The notes: a model not told the origin generated them from the sequence alone. A stretch of 64,000 nt of DNA from Candidatus Omnitrophica bacterium UBA6215 (GCA_002421665.1 DISH01000007.1:145278-209277), one strand, 5' to 3'. Shown: positions 38,624 through 49,326, counted from the stretch's first letter. Program-made: numbers and translations.

Positions 38624-39445
38624 TTATTTTAAGGCAACAAAGCCTTCTTCATCAACTATTTTCTGCCCTTCCGCGCTCAATACGTAATCCAGGAACGCTT
38701 TTACCGTGCCTTTAGGTTCGCCGTTCGTATACATGAACAACGGCCTTGACAGCGGATACTTATTCGAAAGAACGGTCTCCTTGGAAGCGACTACACCGTC
38801 TATCGTGACCGCCTTCACGGAATCGGTAATATAGCCGAGCCCCACATAACCTATCGCACCCGGGGTCTTGGACACGACCGAAGCGACAGCCTGGTTGGAA
38901 GCCTGCATAAGCGCATCCGGCCTTACCTTCTTCTTCTCGAGCGCAAGTTCGCCGAACGCCTCATAAGTACCGCTGGAGCTGTCGCGCGATACCGCCACTA
39001 TCTTTCCGCCGGAACCGCCCACTTCCGACCAATCGTTAATGGCACCAGTAAATATATCCCTTACCTGCTTTTTGGTAAGGGCGTTCATGTTGTTCGACGG
39101 ATTCACTATGACCGCGATACCGTCCATCGCTACAACATGGACCTTCGGGTCGCGTCCTTTATCGGCGGCCTTCTGCAATTCCGAGTCTTTCATCGGGCGC
39201 GAAGCGTCACCGATGTCGCATGAGCCGTCTATTATCGATGCGATACCAACTCCGGAACCGCCTCCGCGGACGGAGATGTCAACCGCCGGGTTCTTGTCCA
39301 TGAATATTTCAGCCGCTTTTTGGGCTATGGGCAGAACGGTGGTCGATCCCTCGATGACTATCTTGTCGGCGGCTTGGGCACACGCAAAAGACACTATGCC
39401 GGCCAGGAACGCCGCCGCAAAAACCGCCTTCTTCGTTATATTCAT
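38624..39445 (-). CDS. pstS: phosphate ABC transporter substrate-binding protein
   Basis: 273 aa; signal peptide; GSTTVLP..., RDSSSGTY phosphate-binding motifs. Confidence 0.9.
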   Translation of the reverse strand: MNITKKAVFAAAFLAGIVSFACAQAADKIVIEGSTTVLPIAQKAAEIFMDKNPAVDISVRGGGSGVGIASIIDGSCDIGDASRPMKDSELQKAADKGRDPKVHVVAMDGIAVIVNPSNNMNALTKKQVRDIFTGAINDWSEVGGSGGKIVAVSRDSSSGTYEAFGELALEKKKVRPDALMQASNQAVASVVSKTPGAIGYVGLGYITDSVKAVTIDGVVASKETVLSNKYPLSRPLFMYTNGEPKGTVKAFLDYVLSAEGQKIVDEEGFVALK

Positions 39446-39455
39446 ATTGCCTCCC

Positions 39456-40763
39456 TTAGAATTTTACGGTCCAGTCGGCCTGGATCGTCTGCGCAGGCAG
39501 CCTGGAGCTGTCGCTTTTGTTCGTCAACCTCGTCATATTCCTGGTATTGAAGTACGAAAGGGTAAGGACCGAGTTCTTGCTGACGCCGTAGTTGAACGAA
39601 AGGTGGTTGCCTTTCGCGTTGGTCTTGCCCCCGTAGAAGTCCGAATCCGGGAATATATCGAGAAACGCATCCTTCTCTATGAACCTGTAGTCATAGACGA
39701 ACTGCCACTGGTTCTTGCCGGAAACTTTCTCGTTGCCTATCTTCAAACCGGCTATCCATCCGGTCTTCTTTTCGCTCGGGTCGAGATTGTTTATATACTC
39801 GCCGAATACGCCGAAGTACGGGAAACCGGTATTGAACCCGAAGAACGGCTCCGTAAAGCCTATCTCCAGCTTGGGTACCACGCTCTTGTAATCGTGAAGA
39901 TACACAACGCTGCTTGACTGCTTGTTCTGGTCGGACAACCTTCCCATCGAGTTGGAACCCGGGCTGTACGATATAGCCGTGTGGTCCTTGACGCCGTTAG
40001 CGAGCCAGAAATCAACCGCGGACTTCAACTTCACATTATCAAGTATCTTCCAGTTTACACCGGGCTGTATTACGTTGAGTATCGGGTCGCCGCGATCGGA
40101 AGAGTTCTCTAACACGGTAAGGAAACCGTAGCTCAGGAAAAGGTCCGCGCTGTCGTTCACCTTATACCCGAGGGTCGTCGAAACACCGTCCAGGTTTATG
40201 TCACCGTCAACTAATGCCGAGATCGGTTCCCAGAACGGGTTCTTGAACCGGCCGCCGACGAATGTCGTGCTGACAGGCGAATTCCAGTCGGGAGTATACC
40301 TGCCGTAAGCGTAGTCCAGGACTATGTTCTTGGCCGCGAAACCGTCTCCAAGCGTTATATTGGTGGATTTGGGATCTGAAGTGGTTCCCGTGGCGATACC
40401 GAAGCCGACGTTAAAATTATCCACCACCCTCGTCTCGGCCCCTATCCTGAGCCTTATCCTGGCCCTGTCGCGCTGGCTGTCCGTAGACGCAGCCTGCTTG
40501 GCCTTGTCCCACTGGTACCTGAGCCTGAAATCACCCTTAAGCTTGATGTCCTGCACCCACTGCGGGACACCGGCAACTTTGCCTTGAGCCATCTCTTTCC
40601 TTATCTCTTCCTTAGTCTCGGTCAGTATCTGCTGCCCTTCACCCGGGGTCAAGACACCTTTGTCCACAAGCTTCTGGACAAGGATATCCATATCCGAGGC
40701 ATAGGAACAGGATGCCGCCGAAAATAAGGCCAGCAAACATATTATAATACCTTTCTTCATCAT
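39456..40763 (-). CDS. outer-membrane beta-barrel porin (probable phosphate-selective porin O/P-like)
   Basis: 435 aa; signal peptide; alternating beta-strand pattern, C-terminal aromatic (…WTVKF); directly upstream of pstS. Confidence 0.55.
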   Translation of the reverse strand: MMKKGIIICLLALFSAASCSYASDMDILVQKLVDKGVLTPGEGQQILTETKEEIRKEMAQGKVAGVPQWVQDIKLKGDFRLRYQWDKAKQAASTDSQRDRARIRLRIGAETRVVDNFNVGFGIATGTTSDPKSTNITLGDGFAAKNIVLDYAYGRYTPDWNSPVSTTFVGGRFKNPFWEPISALVDGDINLDGVSTTLGYKVNDSADLFLSYGFLTVLENSSDRGDPILNVIQPGVNWKILDNVKLKSAVDFWLANGVKDHTAISYSPGSNSMGRLSDQNKQSSSVVYLHDYKSVVPKLEIGFTEPFFGFNTGFPYFGVFGEYINNLDPSEKKTGWIAGLKIGNEKVSGKNQWQFVYDYRFIEKDAFLDIFPDSDFYGGKTNAKGNHLSFNYGVSKNSVLTLSYFNTRNMTRLTNKSDSSRLPAQTIQADWTVKF

Positions 40764-40838
40764 CCTATTCTCCTTTTTTTATTCGTCTTGCGTCCTGATA
40801 CGGTACTTATCTGTATATTTGAATGTGTATTGCGGGTT

Positions 40839-41246
40839 TTACACAATTGTCCCTGTGCTCTTTTTCACCTCCTCTCTCTCCAGGATCTTCCTGACCCTAA
40901 TACTTAATTCTCTCGGGCTGAAAGGTTTTGTCACGTAATCATCGGCACCTACGCCGAACGCCTTGAGCTTCTCTTCGGTATCCGATAAGGCGGAAAGTAT
41001 CACTACCGGTATATCCCTGGTATCCGGCCTGTTCTTTAATACCCTGCAGACCTCTATGCCGTCTATCTTCGGCATCATAAGGTCGAGCACGACAAGGTCC
41101 GGGCCCTTGGAGACACAGGCCTCGAGGGCTTCTTTTCCGTCGTAGGCCGTGAGAATGTCAAAACCCGACATGTTCATGTGCAGGCTTACAAGCCCCACAA
41201 GTTCTTTCTCGTCGTCGACTATAAGGATGGTCTTGCGTTTATCCAT
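40839..41246 (-). CDS. single-domain response regulator (CheY-like receiver)
   Basis: 135 aa; DD...D phospho-acceptor (VLDLMMP), KPF motif. Confidence 0.85.
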   Translation of the reverse strand: MDKRKTILIVDDEKELVGLVSLHMNMSGFDILTAYDGKEALEACVSKGPDLVVLDLMMPKIDGIEVCRVLKNRPDTRDIPVVILSALSDTEEKLKAFGVGADDYVTKPFSPRELSIRVRKILEREEVKKSTGTIV

Positions 41247-41310
41247 TGGAGGGTCCTTTGATCTTCAATAGGAAGTATAAAAGAGGACTGTTACGGAAAA
41301 AGGGAGGAAT

Positions 41311-41328
41311 TGTGAACTTTTTGTGAAC
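41311..41328 (-). promoter_or_regulatory. Pho-box-like direct repeat TGTGAAC-N4-TGTGAAC (minus-sense GTTCACA-AAAA-GTTCACA; TTCACA at 11-bp periodicity)
   Basis: Seen directly ~65-80 bp upstream of receiver/porin/pst operon start; matches 7-4-7 PhoB box / TT(A/T/C)ACA-N5 PhoP box architecture. Confidence 0.45.
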
Positions 41329-41352
41329 AAAAAAGCGGGAAAAAGAGGGTCT

Positions 41353-43125
41353 TTAAGCTATTGGTATGGTAAAACTGAAGGTGGAACCGCGGCCCGGGGA
41401 AGATACCACCCATACTCTCCCTCCGTGGGCCTGCACTATATGTTTGACTATGGAAAGGCCGAGGCCGGTGCCGCCAAGTTCCCTGGAGCGCGCCTTATCT
41501 ACACGGTAAAACCTCTCGAATATCCTAAGGATATCCTCTTCAGGAATACCCACACCGGTGTCGGAGACATCCACCCGGACAAAATTGCCTTCAACGGCTG
41601 CGGATAATTTTATCTCGCCTCTCTCGGGCGTATACTTGACCGCGTTATCGAGAAGGTTCATTATAACCTGCGAAAGCCTGCCTTCATCCGCGAGTACGCG
41701 CGGCAAGCCTGCCGGCACCTCAAGGCTCACCGATATGGCTTTTGACGTCGATTGTTTCTCGAGTATTGCACAAACACGTTTTGCCACCGACCACAGGTCC
41801 ATAGGGACAAAGGCCATGGCCATCTTGCCGGATTCTATCCTGGACAGGTCCAGCAGGTCATCTATCAGCTTGGCGAGGCGGTCGCTCTCCCTGTAGATGA
41901 TATCAAGGAAATCCTTCACTTCCGGCCCGTTGACGCTGCCGTCTTTGAGCGTCTCCGCATAACCTTTTATGCTCGAGAGGGGCGTCCTCAACTCATGCGA
42001 GACATTGGCTACAAAGTCCTTCCTTATGTTCTCGAGCCTCCTTAATTCGGTTATGTCGTGAAAGACCAATATGGCCCCTTCGCGCCCGCCGTCGCGGACT
42101 ATGGGCACCGCGCTCATCTTCATGGACCTCTCCTCGGGAAAATTTATCGAAATCTCTTCGGAGATGAACCCTTGCCCTTCCCTGAGTATCCTGTCCACGG
42201 CTGACTGGACCGCAGCGTTGCGCACAACTTCCAGCGGCCTCTTGCCTTCGGGAGGAGTATCTATGAAGAAGTACCTCCTGGCCGAAGGGTTCGCCAGGAT
42301 TATATCGCCTTTCGAGTCGGTGACTACAAGGCCTTCCGCCATGCCCAGCAGCACCGATTCAAGCCTGGCTTCGCCGGAAGTAACCTGGTCTATCCTGCTC
42401 TTTATCTCATCGGCCATACGGTTAAGGTCTGATGCGAGTGCACCTATCTCGCCGCGCGAACCGATTATTACTTTCTTAGAAAAATCCCCGCCCGCGATGG
42501 CCCTGGCAGCCTCCGATATCCTGGCTATCGGGCGCGTGATGAAGAACGAAAGTACGCCGCTTAACACTACGGCTATCAGCAGGCCCAGCATTACCGCTAT
42601 TACGGTTATCTTTATCATTCCCGCTTCTATGATGTGGACATCGGCAAGAGGTATTGAGAGCCTAAGGACCCCCACCGGTTTGTCCTTACCGAGGGGAACG
42701 GCCATGTAATGCATATATTTTTTCAGGGTATAGCTGTAACGGTTACCGCTCTCCCCGAACCCTGAGCTGAGGGCCTGGCGGATCTCGGGCCTGTCCGAAT
42801 GGTCCTCCGCCTTGGCGAGCCCTGCGGCATCCAATTCGGAATCGCCAAGTACCTTTCCGTCTATGCCGACGATGGTGGCGCGAAGGCCCAACGCCTTGCC
42901 TATCTTATCGGCCAGGCGGTCGGTATCGGCGGGGAGCGACTTATCGCCTATTTCCGCATCGAGAAGTTCCTTACCCAGGTAAAGATCCTTGACCACGTCT
43001 TCCCTGATGCGCCGGCCCATGTAATCCTTCAGGTGGGAATCGAGGTAAAAATAGGTGACGCCGAGGAGCACGGCAACCATAAGGCAAAAAAGCGCGGTAA
43101 GTTTCCAGTGCAGTTTTATCCTCAT
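41353..43125 (-). CDS. phoR: phosphate regulon sensor histidine kinase (PhoR-like: TM-HAMP-PAS-HisKA-HATPase)
   Basis: 590 aa; H-box SHELRTPL, N/G1/G2 boxes (NLLDNAVKYT, DTGVGI, GGTGLGL); 4-bp overlap with phoB. Confidence 0.85.
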   Translation of the reverse strand: MRIKLHWKLTALFCLMVAVLLGVTYFYLDSHLKDYMGRRIREDVVKDLYLGKELLDAEIGDKSLPADTDRLADKIGKALGLRATIVGIDGKVLGDSELDAAGLAKAEDHSDRPEIRQALSSGFGESGNRYSYTLKKYMHYMAVPLGKDKPVGVLRLSIPLADVHIIEAGMIKITVIAVMLGLLIAVVLSGVLSFFITRPIARISEAARAIAGGDFSKKVIIGSRGEIGALASDLNRMADEIKSRIDQVTSGEARLESVLLGMAEGLVVTDSKGDIILANPSARRYFFIDTPPEGKRPLEVVRNAAVQSAVDRILREGQGFISEEISINFPEERSMKMSAVPIVRDGGREGAILVFHDITELRRLENIRKDFVANVSHELRTPLSSIKGYAETLKDGSVNGPEVKDFLDIIYRESDRLAKLIDDLLDLSRIESGKMAMAFVPMDLWSVAKRVCAILEKQSTSKAISVSLEVPAGLPRVLADEGRLSQVIMNLLDNAVKYTPERGEIKLSAAVEGNFVRVDVSDTGVGIPEEDILRIFERFYRVDKARSRELGGTGLGLSIVKHIVQAHGGRVWVVSSPGRGSTFSFTIPIA

Positions 43126-43811
43126 TCCTCTTCCCTTAACTTATACCCGAGACCCCTTACGGTCTCGATAAGGTCCCCGGCCTTGCCCAATTTTTCGCGC
43201 AACCTTTTTACGTGAGTGTCTATAGTGCGCGTATCTACATCGGATGCGACATCCCAAACATCGGTAAGCAGCTGCTCCCTGGACTGGACCCTGCCCGAAC
43301 GTTCGATAAGGGTAGCCAACAGCTTGAATTCCATGGGGGTAAGTTCAACCGGCCTCTTGTTGGCCGTCACGGTATGCTTCTCGAGGTCTACGACCAGCCC
43401 GCCGGCCTTCAGCAGGTCCTTCTTCCCGGGCGCCGAGGTCCCGCGCCTCAAAACAGCTTTTATCCTCAAAGCGAGTTCCCTCGGGCTGAACGGTTTTACC
43501 ATGTAATCATCGGCGCCGAGCTCGAAACCCACGACCCTGTCGACCTCTTCGCCTTTCGCGGTAAGCATTATTACGGGGAGTCTGCCGAGCTTGGGATCCT
43601 GCCGTATCCTCCGGCAGACCTCAAAACCGTCCATCTTCGGAAGCATTATATCCAGGACAACCAGGTCCGCGCTGAACCTCTGCAGGTGTTCAAGGGCTTC
43701 TTCGCCGTTGGGAACGGCAAAGGCGTCATAACCCTCTCTTTCGAGGTTATACTTTATGAGTTTTGAGATGTTCTTATCGTCTTCGACGATAAGGATCTCT
43801 TCTTTCGGCAT
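43122..43811 (-). CDS. phoB: OmpR/PhoB family response regulator
   Basis: 229 aa; receiver + winged-helix (VDTRTIDTHVKRLREKL). Confidence 0.9.
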   Translation of the reverse strand: MPKEEILIVEDDKNISKLIKYNLEREGYDAFAVPNGEEALEHLQRFSADLVVLDIMLPKMDGFEVCRRIRQDPKLGRLPVIMLTAKGEEVDRVVGFELGADDYMVKPFSPRELALRIKAVLRRGTSAPGKKDLLKAGGLVVDLEKHTVTANKRPVELTPMEFKLLATLIERSGRVQSREQLLTDVWDVASDVDTRTIDTHVKRLREKLGKAGDLIETVRGLGYKLREEE

Positions 43812-44440
43812 GTCTTGGCCACCCTCAATAGCCCGGAGATCTTGCGCGTTATCCCGCAGGGGCCGGCTTCTTTCAACTCGGAATGAGACGATGAGCCCCC
43901 AAGGACCGCGACTACCCTGACCCCTGCATTATGCCCGGCGTGGACATCAACCGTCATGTCCCCGACATAAAGGGCATCTTCCTTACTGACCCCGAGTTTC
44001 TTAAGTATCCTCGGTATAAGAAAAGGTTTGGGCTTTATCTGCCTCTTGTTCTTTGCGCACTCGACGGCATCGAAATACTCCAGCAGGCCGAGGTGCTTGA
44101 GCAATATCATGCTGTAATTCGGCGGCCTGTTGCTGGCTATGGCAAGCTTGTAACCCTTTTTCTTGAGGCCGCGCAACAGCTGCCTTGCGCCGGGAATAAC
44201 CTTTGAATATTTAAGCAGCGCTTTCTCGTGGTGGGCGCGGTAGAGCCTGAGCCCTTCTTCCACGTCCTTCCTGTCCACAAAATGCTCCACGAAATTCCTG
44301 TCGCCGTGGCCGACCGCCCTTCTTATCACCGGCATCGAGGCTTTCTTATAGCCCAGTTTGCCGAGAGTGTAATTCAGGCTTCTTCCGATGGCGTCATAAG
44401 CGTCTACTATAGTCCCGTCAATATCGAATATTATCAGCAT
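43754..44440 (-). CDS. HAD family hydrolase (phosphoglycolate phosphatase-like)
   Basis: 228 aa; motif I IIFDIDGT, motif II ASNR, motif III/IV K...GDMTVD; 58-bp overlap with phoB start. Confidence 0.8.
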   Translation of the reverse strand: MLIIFDIDGTIVDAYDAIGRSLNYTLGKLGYKKASMPVIRRAVGHGDRNFVEHFVDRKDVEEGLRLYRAHHEKALLKYSKVIPGARQLLRGLKKKGYKLAIASNRPPNYSMILLKHLGLLEYFDAVECAKNKRQIKPKPFLIPRILKKLGVSKEDALYVGDMTVDVHAGHNAGVRVVAVLGGSSSHSELKEAGPCGITRKISGLLRVAKTCRKKRSLSSKTIRTSQNS

Positions 44441-44655
44441 CCTATTTCGAAGATCTTTATCTTTGAAGTATGGCCGCGAACAAGTGTGACTTTCGATCTC
44501 GAAACGCCGAAATATCCCGCCAGGGCTTTTATGGCGGCTTCGTTCGCCTTCCCGTCAACCGGCCTCGCCGTGACCCGGACCGAGTAATCCGCTTCTCCCG
44601 CCTTCTCTACTTTTTCGCGGCTTGAACCAGGCTTTATCTTTACCGTTATCTTCAA
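44434..44655 (-). CDS. DUF167 (YggU/UPF0235) family protein
   Basis: 73 aa; VKPGS...DGKAN..L pattern. Confidence 0.7.
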   Translation of the reverse strand: MKITVKIKPGSSREKVEKAGEADYSVRVTARPVDGKANEAAIKALAGYFGVSRSKVTLVRGHTSKIKIFEIGC

Positions 44656-45531
44656 TTATTTGGTCATCCGGGAGATGTCAAAACCCGCCGTAAGGTCCCT
44701 CTTGCCTTGTTTTCCGTCCATCTTCAGGCGCAGCAATATCACATCTCCGTCCTTCGAGACTTCCAGCTTTCCTTCGGTATAATTATAGTATTTAAAATTG
44801 CTCCTTATAATATCAACCGGCTGTTTGGACCGTTCCGCCAGCATCTTGATAAATCCCTCGTCCTTTATCTCTATGATACCGCCGGGCCCATCCGTAGTAA
44901 ATTCCCCTTTTATAGAAGTCAACTCGAGGTCCTTCCCGGCCAACTCGATCTCCCCTGACATCTTCCCCTTGATGCCGAACTTTTGCGAAGCATCGAAAAA
45001 TTTTGGAAGCAGCCCCAGGTCTATGCTGTTGACTTTTACCACCGCGTCGTATTCTATGTCCTTCTTGACCGAAGCATTCGCCCGCACAATGGCGCTCAGG
45101 TCGCAATCGGAGGTATGTATCTCGAGGTTCATCTCGTTTATTTCAAGAGAATCCACGATGAACATGGCCCCGGGTTTCGGCGCGGGCATCTCTAAAAGGT
45201 CATTTACCTTTTCTGAAGGCGAGCTCAGTACGATACTGCAGCCGTTTATAGATACCTTGGGAACTGTCCTGTTCAGAAGCGTCAGGGGGCCTAACCTTAT
45301 ATCGAGTTCCCTTGCCCTGTAACGGACGGATTCGCCTTTGCTTATTTCGATATTCGAGAAAGATACCAGGTCGGCGGTTTTTACCTCGGTGTTGCTTATC
45401 GTTACTTTATAACCCGGGAAAGCGGACCTTAGCTGCTTTTCTGCGGCGCCCAGGATAAAATTTTTTCCGAATATCCAGACCGAAAAGATCACTGCAAGTA
45501 TGGCCGCGAATATCAGGTATTCTTTTTTCAT
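44656..45531 (-). CDS. hypothetical N-terminally membrane-anchored beta-rich protein
   Basis: 291 aa ORF tightly packed between flanking genes; single N-terminal TM. Confidence 0.5.
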   Translation of the reverse strand: MKKEYLIFAAILAVIFSVWIFGKNFILGAAEKQLRSAFPGYKVTISNTEVKTADLVSFSNIEISKGESVRYRARELDIRLGPLTLLNRTVPKVSINGCSIVLSSPSEKVNDLLEMPAPKPGAMFIVDSLEINEMNLEIHTSDCDLSAIVRANASVKKDIEYDAVVKVNSIDLGLLPKFFDASQKFGIKGKMSGEIELAGKDLELTSIKGEFTTDGPGGIIEIKDEGFIKMLAERSKQPVDIIRSNFKYYNYTEGKLEVSKDGDVILLRLKMDGKQGKRDLTAGFDISRMTK

Positions 45532-47915
45532 TTTTTGAGGGCCTTCCCGAACGAATACTTAATGCCTAGGACCTCTTCCATCAGGGTATAGATATACCAG
45601 CTTGCCGAACCCGTAAGGTAAAAATACAGCCCGCGGCCTTCGTTATTGAAATATTCAGGTATCATCGGGTAGATACGGGCCCTGTCGCTTGAGGCCATAT
45701 TATATATGGAATCGAAAGCCTCGCGGCCTTCCTTTACGTAACCCCTCTTCAAAAGGGCATTGGCGAGCATCACTACCATATGGTTAAAGAACGCGCCGTT
45801 CTCCTTGTCGCCGTAGGCAAATCCGAATGCCCTGCCCAAGTCCATGTACAGCGACTTGAAATCGGTCCCAAGCCGGAAACCCCCGAGTTTATTGTCCTTC
45901 AGGTGTCTCTTTATGGATATCCATGTCTTGGCAACCTGCTCGTCGCTGGCGCCGCCGCTCATTATCGCGAAAACCTGCGACTGCAATTTCATCCTGACGC
46001 GGCCTTTAGACTTGCCCTCGACACGGCGGCCCTTATTGTCATAATAGCCGTTGAAGAACCCGGCCGACGGCAGCCATTCTTTCCCGCCGAGCCAGGCGAA
46101 CATATGGTCCGCCTTCCCGCGCAGGTCCTTTACAAGGCTGTCAATATCCACCTCGACCCGCTGGCCGCTTATATTCCTGACCGACTCGAGATATTCATCG
46201 AGCCTTCTTTGTTTCTGCCTGTAGTCGTCGTAATCGACGGGTATGTTAAGGGTGTCAAAAAGAGGGAGCAGTTCCACAAGTAATTTTACTTTCTCGCGCT
46301 CTTCCTTCATCTTCTCAAGCATGGAACAGATATCCCAGAGATTATGGGCATACATGAAACTGAACGTTACGCTCTCGCCCCTGTCAGAGGCCATATCGAG
46401 GCCGTCGTTCCAGTCGGCATTCTCAAGACGGATAACGTTATGCTCGCCTACATTAAAAAATTGAACAACATTCTGGACCAAGAGGTGTTCGAGAACGCTG
46501 CCCTTGTATATCTTTCCGGCGCTGTCACGCTGGATAAAATCCATCTGGCTGAATGACTTGTCAACTTCTTTGGCGCGTTTTAGCTGGTGATCGCGGAAAT
46601 ATTCGTTCTCCTTGAGCATAAAACCGACATCGCCGGTCTTGTGGACATAAAGCCTGGTCGTCAAGTAAGGCCACACGCCGTGGTCCATCCACACGCGGCT
46701 TATCCTGTTGCGATCGGCTATGAACCTGCCGTCTTTGGTTATTATAGTGGCGTTCGAACCGTCAAGACGCACACCTTTGAAACTGTCTAATATAAACCCT
46801 TTGGCCTTCTCCGGCTCGGTCAACAGGAGCGTCAGGGCGTCCTGCCAGATGTCTCTCCATCCGCGGCCGCCCTTGCCGTAATCGAAATGCGGCAGGAACG
46901 AACATCCGAAAAGCTTGCGCAATGTCGGCTGCAGTTTTACCCACTTCAGCCAGTTGTTATAATCACGGCTGCCAAAACTGATATCTGGCCGCGAGAGATA
47001 ATTGCGCCAGTATTTTTTTGTAGAGGCGAGGCTCTTCTCGACCTTAGCGGGCGTATTAAGCCTCCTGAAATAATTCAAGGCCGCGGGCTTGCTCTCCTCT
47101 ATGCCCATGACAAGGCAATATTCGGCCCGCGCGCCGTTCTTAAGCTTCCTTCGGGAGAACCTGAACGCGCCGCAAGCCTCCTTGCCGTCATGTTCCGGGG
47201 ACTTCTTCGAGGCGGGGACTACCAGCTTATGTATGGCATCGGGGAATATCATGTCGCCTTCGCCGTAGAACATGCCCAGCGTGGGGAACTGCCCAACGGG
47301 CGCCTTGCCCTGCCCCTCATACCCCAGGACAAAGTAGCGCGTCCTGTTCTCCATGTGGCCCTTCTCGTCGAATATCATGGTGGGCTTGAGAAATATGCCG
47401 AACCTGTCGAGCTCGACACGGTTGAGCAGCGAGCTCACGTGCCTGTGGTCGCGTATATTCTTTTCACTGCGGCCGAATAACGGGATAAATGAGGTCGGGA
47501 CCATATCAACATCTTTCCCGCTTTCGTTGGTCACACGCACGCGCATGACCTCTACCGGCATATCGAACGGCACGAAATTCAATACTTCCATCTTCAAGCC
47601 CGAGGCTCTCTTGGTTACCTTGTGGTAAAGGAAGCCCGCCTCCAGAACGTCATCATGCGGATATGACATCCTTATAACGTGCCCGCCGGCCTTAATGAAA
47701 AAATCCCGGCGGCAGAAGAGGTTGTTGCGGATATCCTCTATGCTTGCCGGCGGGGTCAGGAAACGGTCGTTATCGCGCTTGATATCCCCGCCGAGATTCG
47801 GACTGATGGAGCTGAGGATCCTGCCGTCCTTATCGGTCAAAGGAAAATACAGGTTGAACCTGTGCGGCTCTTTTACGGTGAAAGTACCGTTATCGTCTAT
47901 GAACTTGTATATCAT
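45528..47915 (-). CDS. putative six-hairpin glycoside hydrolase/phosphorylase (GH94-like N-terminus; family uncertain)
   Basis: 795 aa; cytoplasmic; N-terminal F.DDNGTF...P..PN pattern and C-terminal (alpha/alpha)6-like region. Confidence 0.35.
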   Translation of the reverse strand: MIYKFIDDNGTFTVKEPHRFNLYFPLTDKDGRILSSISPNLGGDIKRDNDRFLTPPASIEDIRNNLFCRRDFFIKAGGHVIRMSYPHDDVLEAGFLYHKVTKRASGLKMEVLNFVPFDMPVEVMRVRVTNESGKDVDMVPTSFIPLFGRSEKNIRDHRHVSSLLNRVELDRFGIFLKPTMIFDEKGHMENRTRYFVLGYEGQGKAPVGQFPTLGMFYGEGDMIFPDAIHKLVVPASKKSPEHDGKEACGAFRFSRRKLKNGARAEYCLVMGIEESKPAALNYFRRLNTPAKVEKSLASTKKYWRNYLSRPDISFGSRDYNNWLKWVKLQPTLRKLFGCSFLPHFDYGKGGRGWRDIWQDALTLLLTEPEKAKGFILDSFKGVRLDGSNATIITKDGRFIADRNRISRVWMDHGVWPYLTTRLYVHKTGDVGFMLKENEYFRDHQLKRAKEVDKSFSQMDFIQRDSAGKIYKGSVLEHLLVQNVVQFFNVGEHNVIRLENADWNDGLDMASDRGESVTFSFMYAHNLWDICSMLEKMKEEREKVKLLVELLPLFDTLNIPVDYDDYRQKQRRLDEYLESVRNISGQRVEVDIDSLVKDLRGKADHMFAWLGGKEWLPSAGFFNGYYDNKGRRVEGKSKGRVRMKLQSQVFAIMSGGASDEQVAKTWISIKRHLKDNKLGGFRLGTDFKSLYMDLGRAFGFAYGDKENGAFFNHMVVMLANALLKRGYVKEGREAFDSIYNMASSDRARIYPMIPEYFNNEGRGLYFYLTGSASWYIYTLMEEVLGIKYSFGKALKK

Positions 47916-49264
47916 CAGGCGTTGCCTATCTCCGGTATCTTTTTAAGGGCTTCCTTTATCTTCTCTTCGGGATGTTCATAGTCCTCGAGCTTGCCGTCAA
48001 GATAAGCGTCATACGCGGAAAGATCGAAATGGCCGTGGCCGCTGTAATTGAAGACTATTACCTTCTTGTCATTCTTCTTCGCCTCATCGATAGCGCACCT
48101 TATCGCGTGCGATGTCTCAGGTGCTGGCAGGAAACCCTCTGTCCTGGCCCATAAGATAGCGGCTTCGAATACGGGATTTTGCGAAAAGGCTTTTGATTCG
48201 ACAATTTTTTTCCTTACCAGCAGTGATACCTGCGGGGCCACCCCGTGATACCTGAGCCCCCCGGCGTGTATCCCTGCGGGGATAAAACTATGGCCGAGGG
48301 TATACATCTTCATCAGGGGCGTCAGCTTTTCCGTATCGCCGAAGTCATAGAGATATTCACCCTTGGTAAGCGACGGGCAGGCGGTAGGCTCAACCGCGAT
48401 TATCCTGACCTGTTTGCCCTTAAGTTTATCCGGAACGAACGGGAATGCGAATCCGGCGAAATTGCTCCCGCCGCCTACGCACGCGATAAGGGTATCGGGT
48501 TTTTCACCTATTATTTCGAGCTGTTTCTTCGTCTCGAGCCCGATGACCGACTGGTGCGTAAGCACGTGGTTCAACACGCTCCCGAGGGAGTATTTCGTGT
48601 CATCGTGTGTCGCGGCGTCTTCGACGGCCTCGGAGATCGCTATGCCGAGACTGCCGGGAGTCTCGGGGTTTCCCTTGAGCACGGCACGGCCGGAATTGGT
48701 CCTGTCGGTCGGCGAAGGGAATACTTCCGCTCCCCAGACGCGCATAAGCGATTTACGGTAAGGTTTCTGGTAGAAGCTCGCCTTGACCATGTATACGGTA
48801 CATTTAAGGCCCAGGATATTGCACGCGAACGAAAGGGCCGAACCCCACTGGCCGGCGCCCGTCTCGGTCGAAATGCGCTTTACGCCTTCCTTCTTGTTGT
48901 AATAAGCCTGCGCGATGGCCGTATTGAGCTTATGGCTTCCGGCGGGCGAAGCGCTCTCGTCTTTATAATATATCCTGCAGTTGGTGTTTAGCGCCTTCTC
49001 CAGGCGGACAGCCCTCCTAAGCGGGGTGGGCCTGTATATCTTGTAGACATCGATCACTTCATCCGGGATATCTATCCAGCGCTCGGCGCTCATCTCCTGC
49101 TCTATCAACGAGAGGGGGAATATGGGCGCCAGGTCCTGCGGCATAAGCGGTTTTCCGGTAGCCGGGTTGAGTGAAGGCGGAAGCTGCTCCGGGAGATCCG
49201 GCATTATGTTGTACCAGGCTTTCGGAATGTCTTTTAACGACAGGATGACTCTTTCATTATCCAT
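47915..49264 (-). CDS. trpB: TrpB-like PLP-dependent enzyme (tryptophan synthase beta paralog, TrpB2)
   Basis: 449 aa; [17 protein letters not shown]-Lys motif; GAGQWGSA; long N-terminal extension typical of TrpB2. Confidence 0.8.
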   Translation of the reverse strand: MDNERVILSLKDIPKAWYNIMPDLPEQLPPSLNPATGKPLMPQDLAPIFPLSLIEQEMSAERWIDIPDEVIDVYKIYRPTPLRRAVRLEKALNTNCRIYYKDESASPAGSHKLNTAIAQAYYNKKEGVKRISTETGAGQWGSALSFACNILGLKCTVYMVKASFYQKPYRKSLMRVWGAEVFPSPTDRTNSGRAVLKGNPETPGSLGIAISEAVEDAATHDDTKYSLGSVLNHVLTHQSVIGLETKKQLEIIGEKPDTLIACVGGGSNFAGFAFPFVPDKLKGKQVRIIAVEPTACPSLTKGEYLYDFGDTEKLTPLMKMYTLGHSFIPAGIHAGGLRYHGVAPQVSLLVRKKIVESKAFSQNPVFEAAILWARTEGFLPAPETSHAIRCAIDEAKKNDKKVIVFNYSGHGHFDLSAYDAYLDGKLEDYEHPEEKIKEALKKIPEIGNA

Positions 49265-49287
49265 ATCGGTGGGCTCCTTTTGGCAGT

Positions 49288-49296
49288 ATTATACCA
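49288..49296 (-). promoter_or_regulatory. extended -10 element TGGTATAAT upstream of trpB2
   Basis: Seen directly; AAAGGAG RBS 9 nt before ATG at 49264. Confidence 0.3.
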
Positions 49297-49326
49297 AAAC
49301 GCATGGGCAAAATAAAGTCTAAGGGA

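Noticed and set aside
43754-43811. 58-bp overlap between HAD hydrolase 3' end and phoB 5' end as possible frameshift
   Set aside because: Both ORFs have intact family motifs to their ends, and no alternative start for phoB. Overlap is unusual but not evidence of error without read data.
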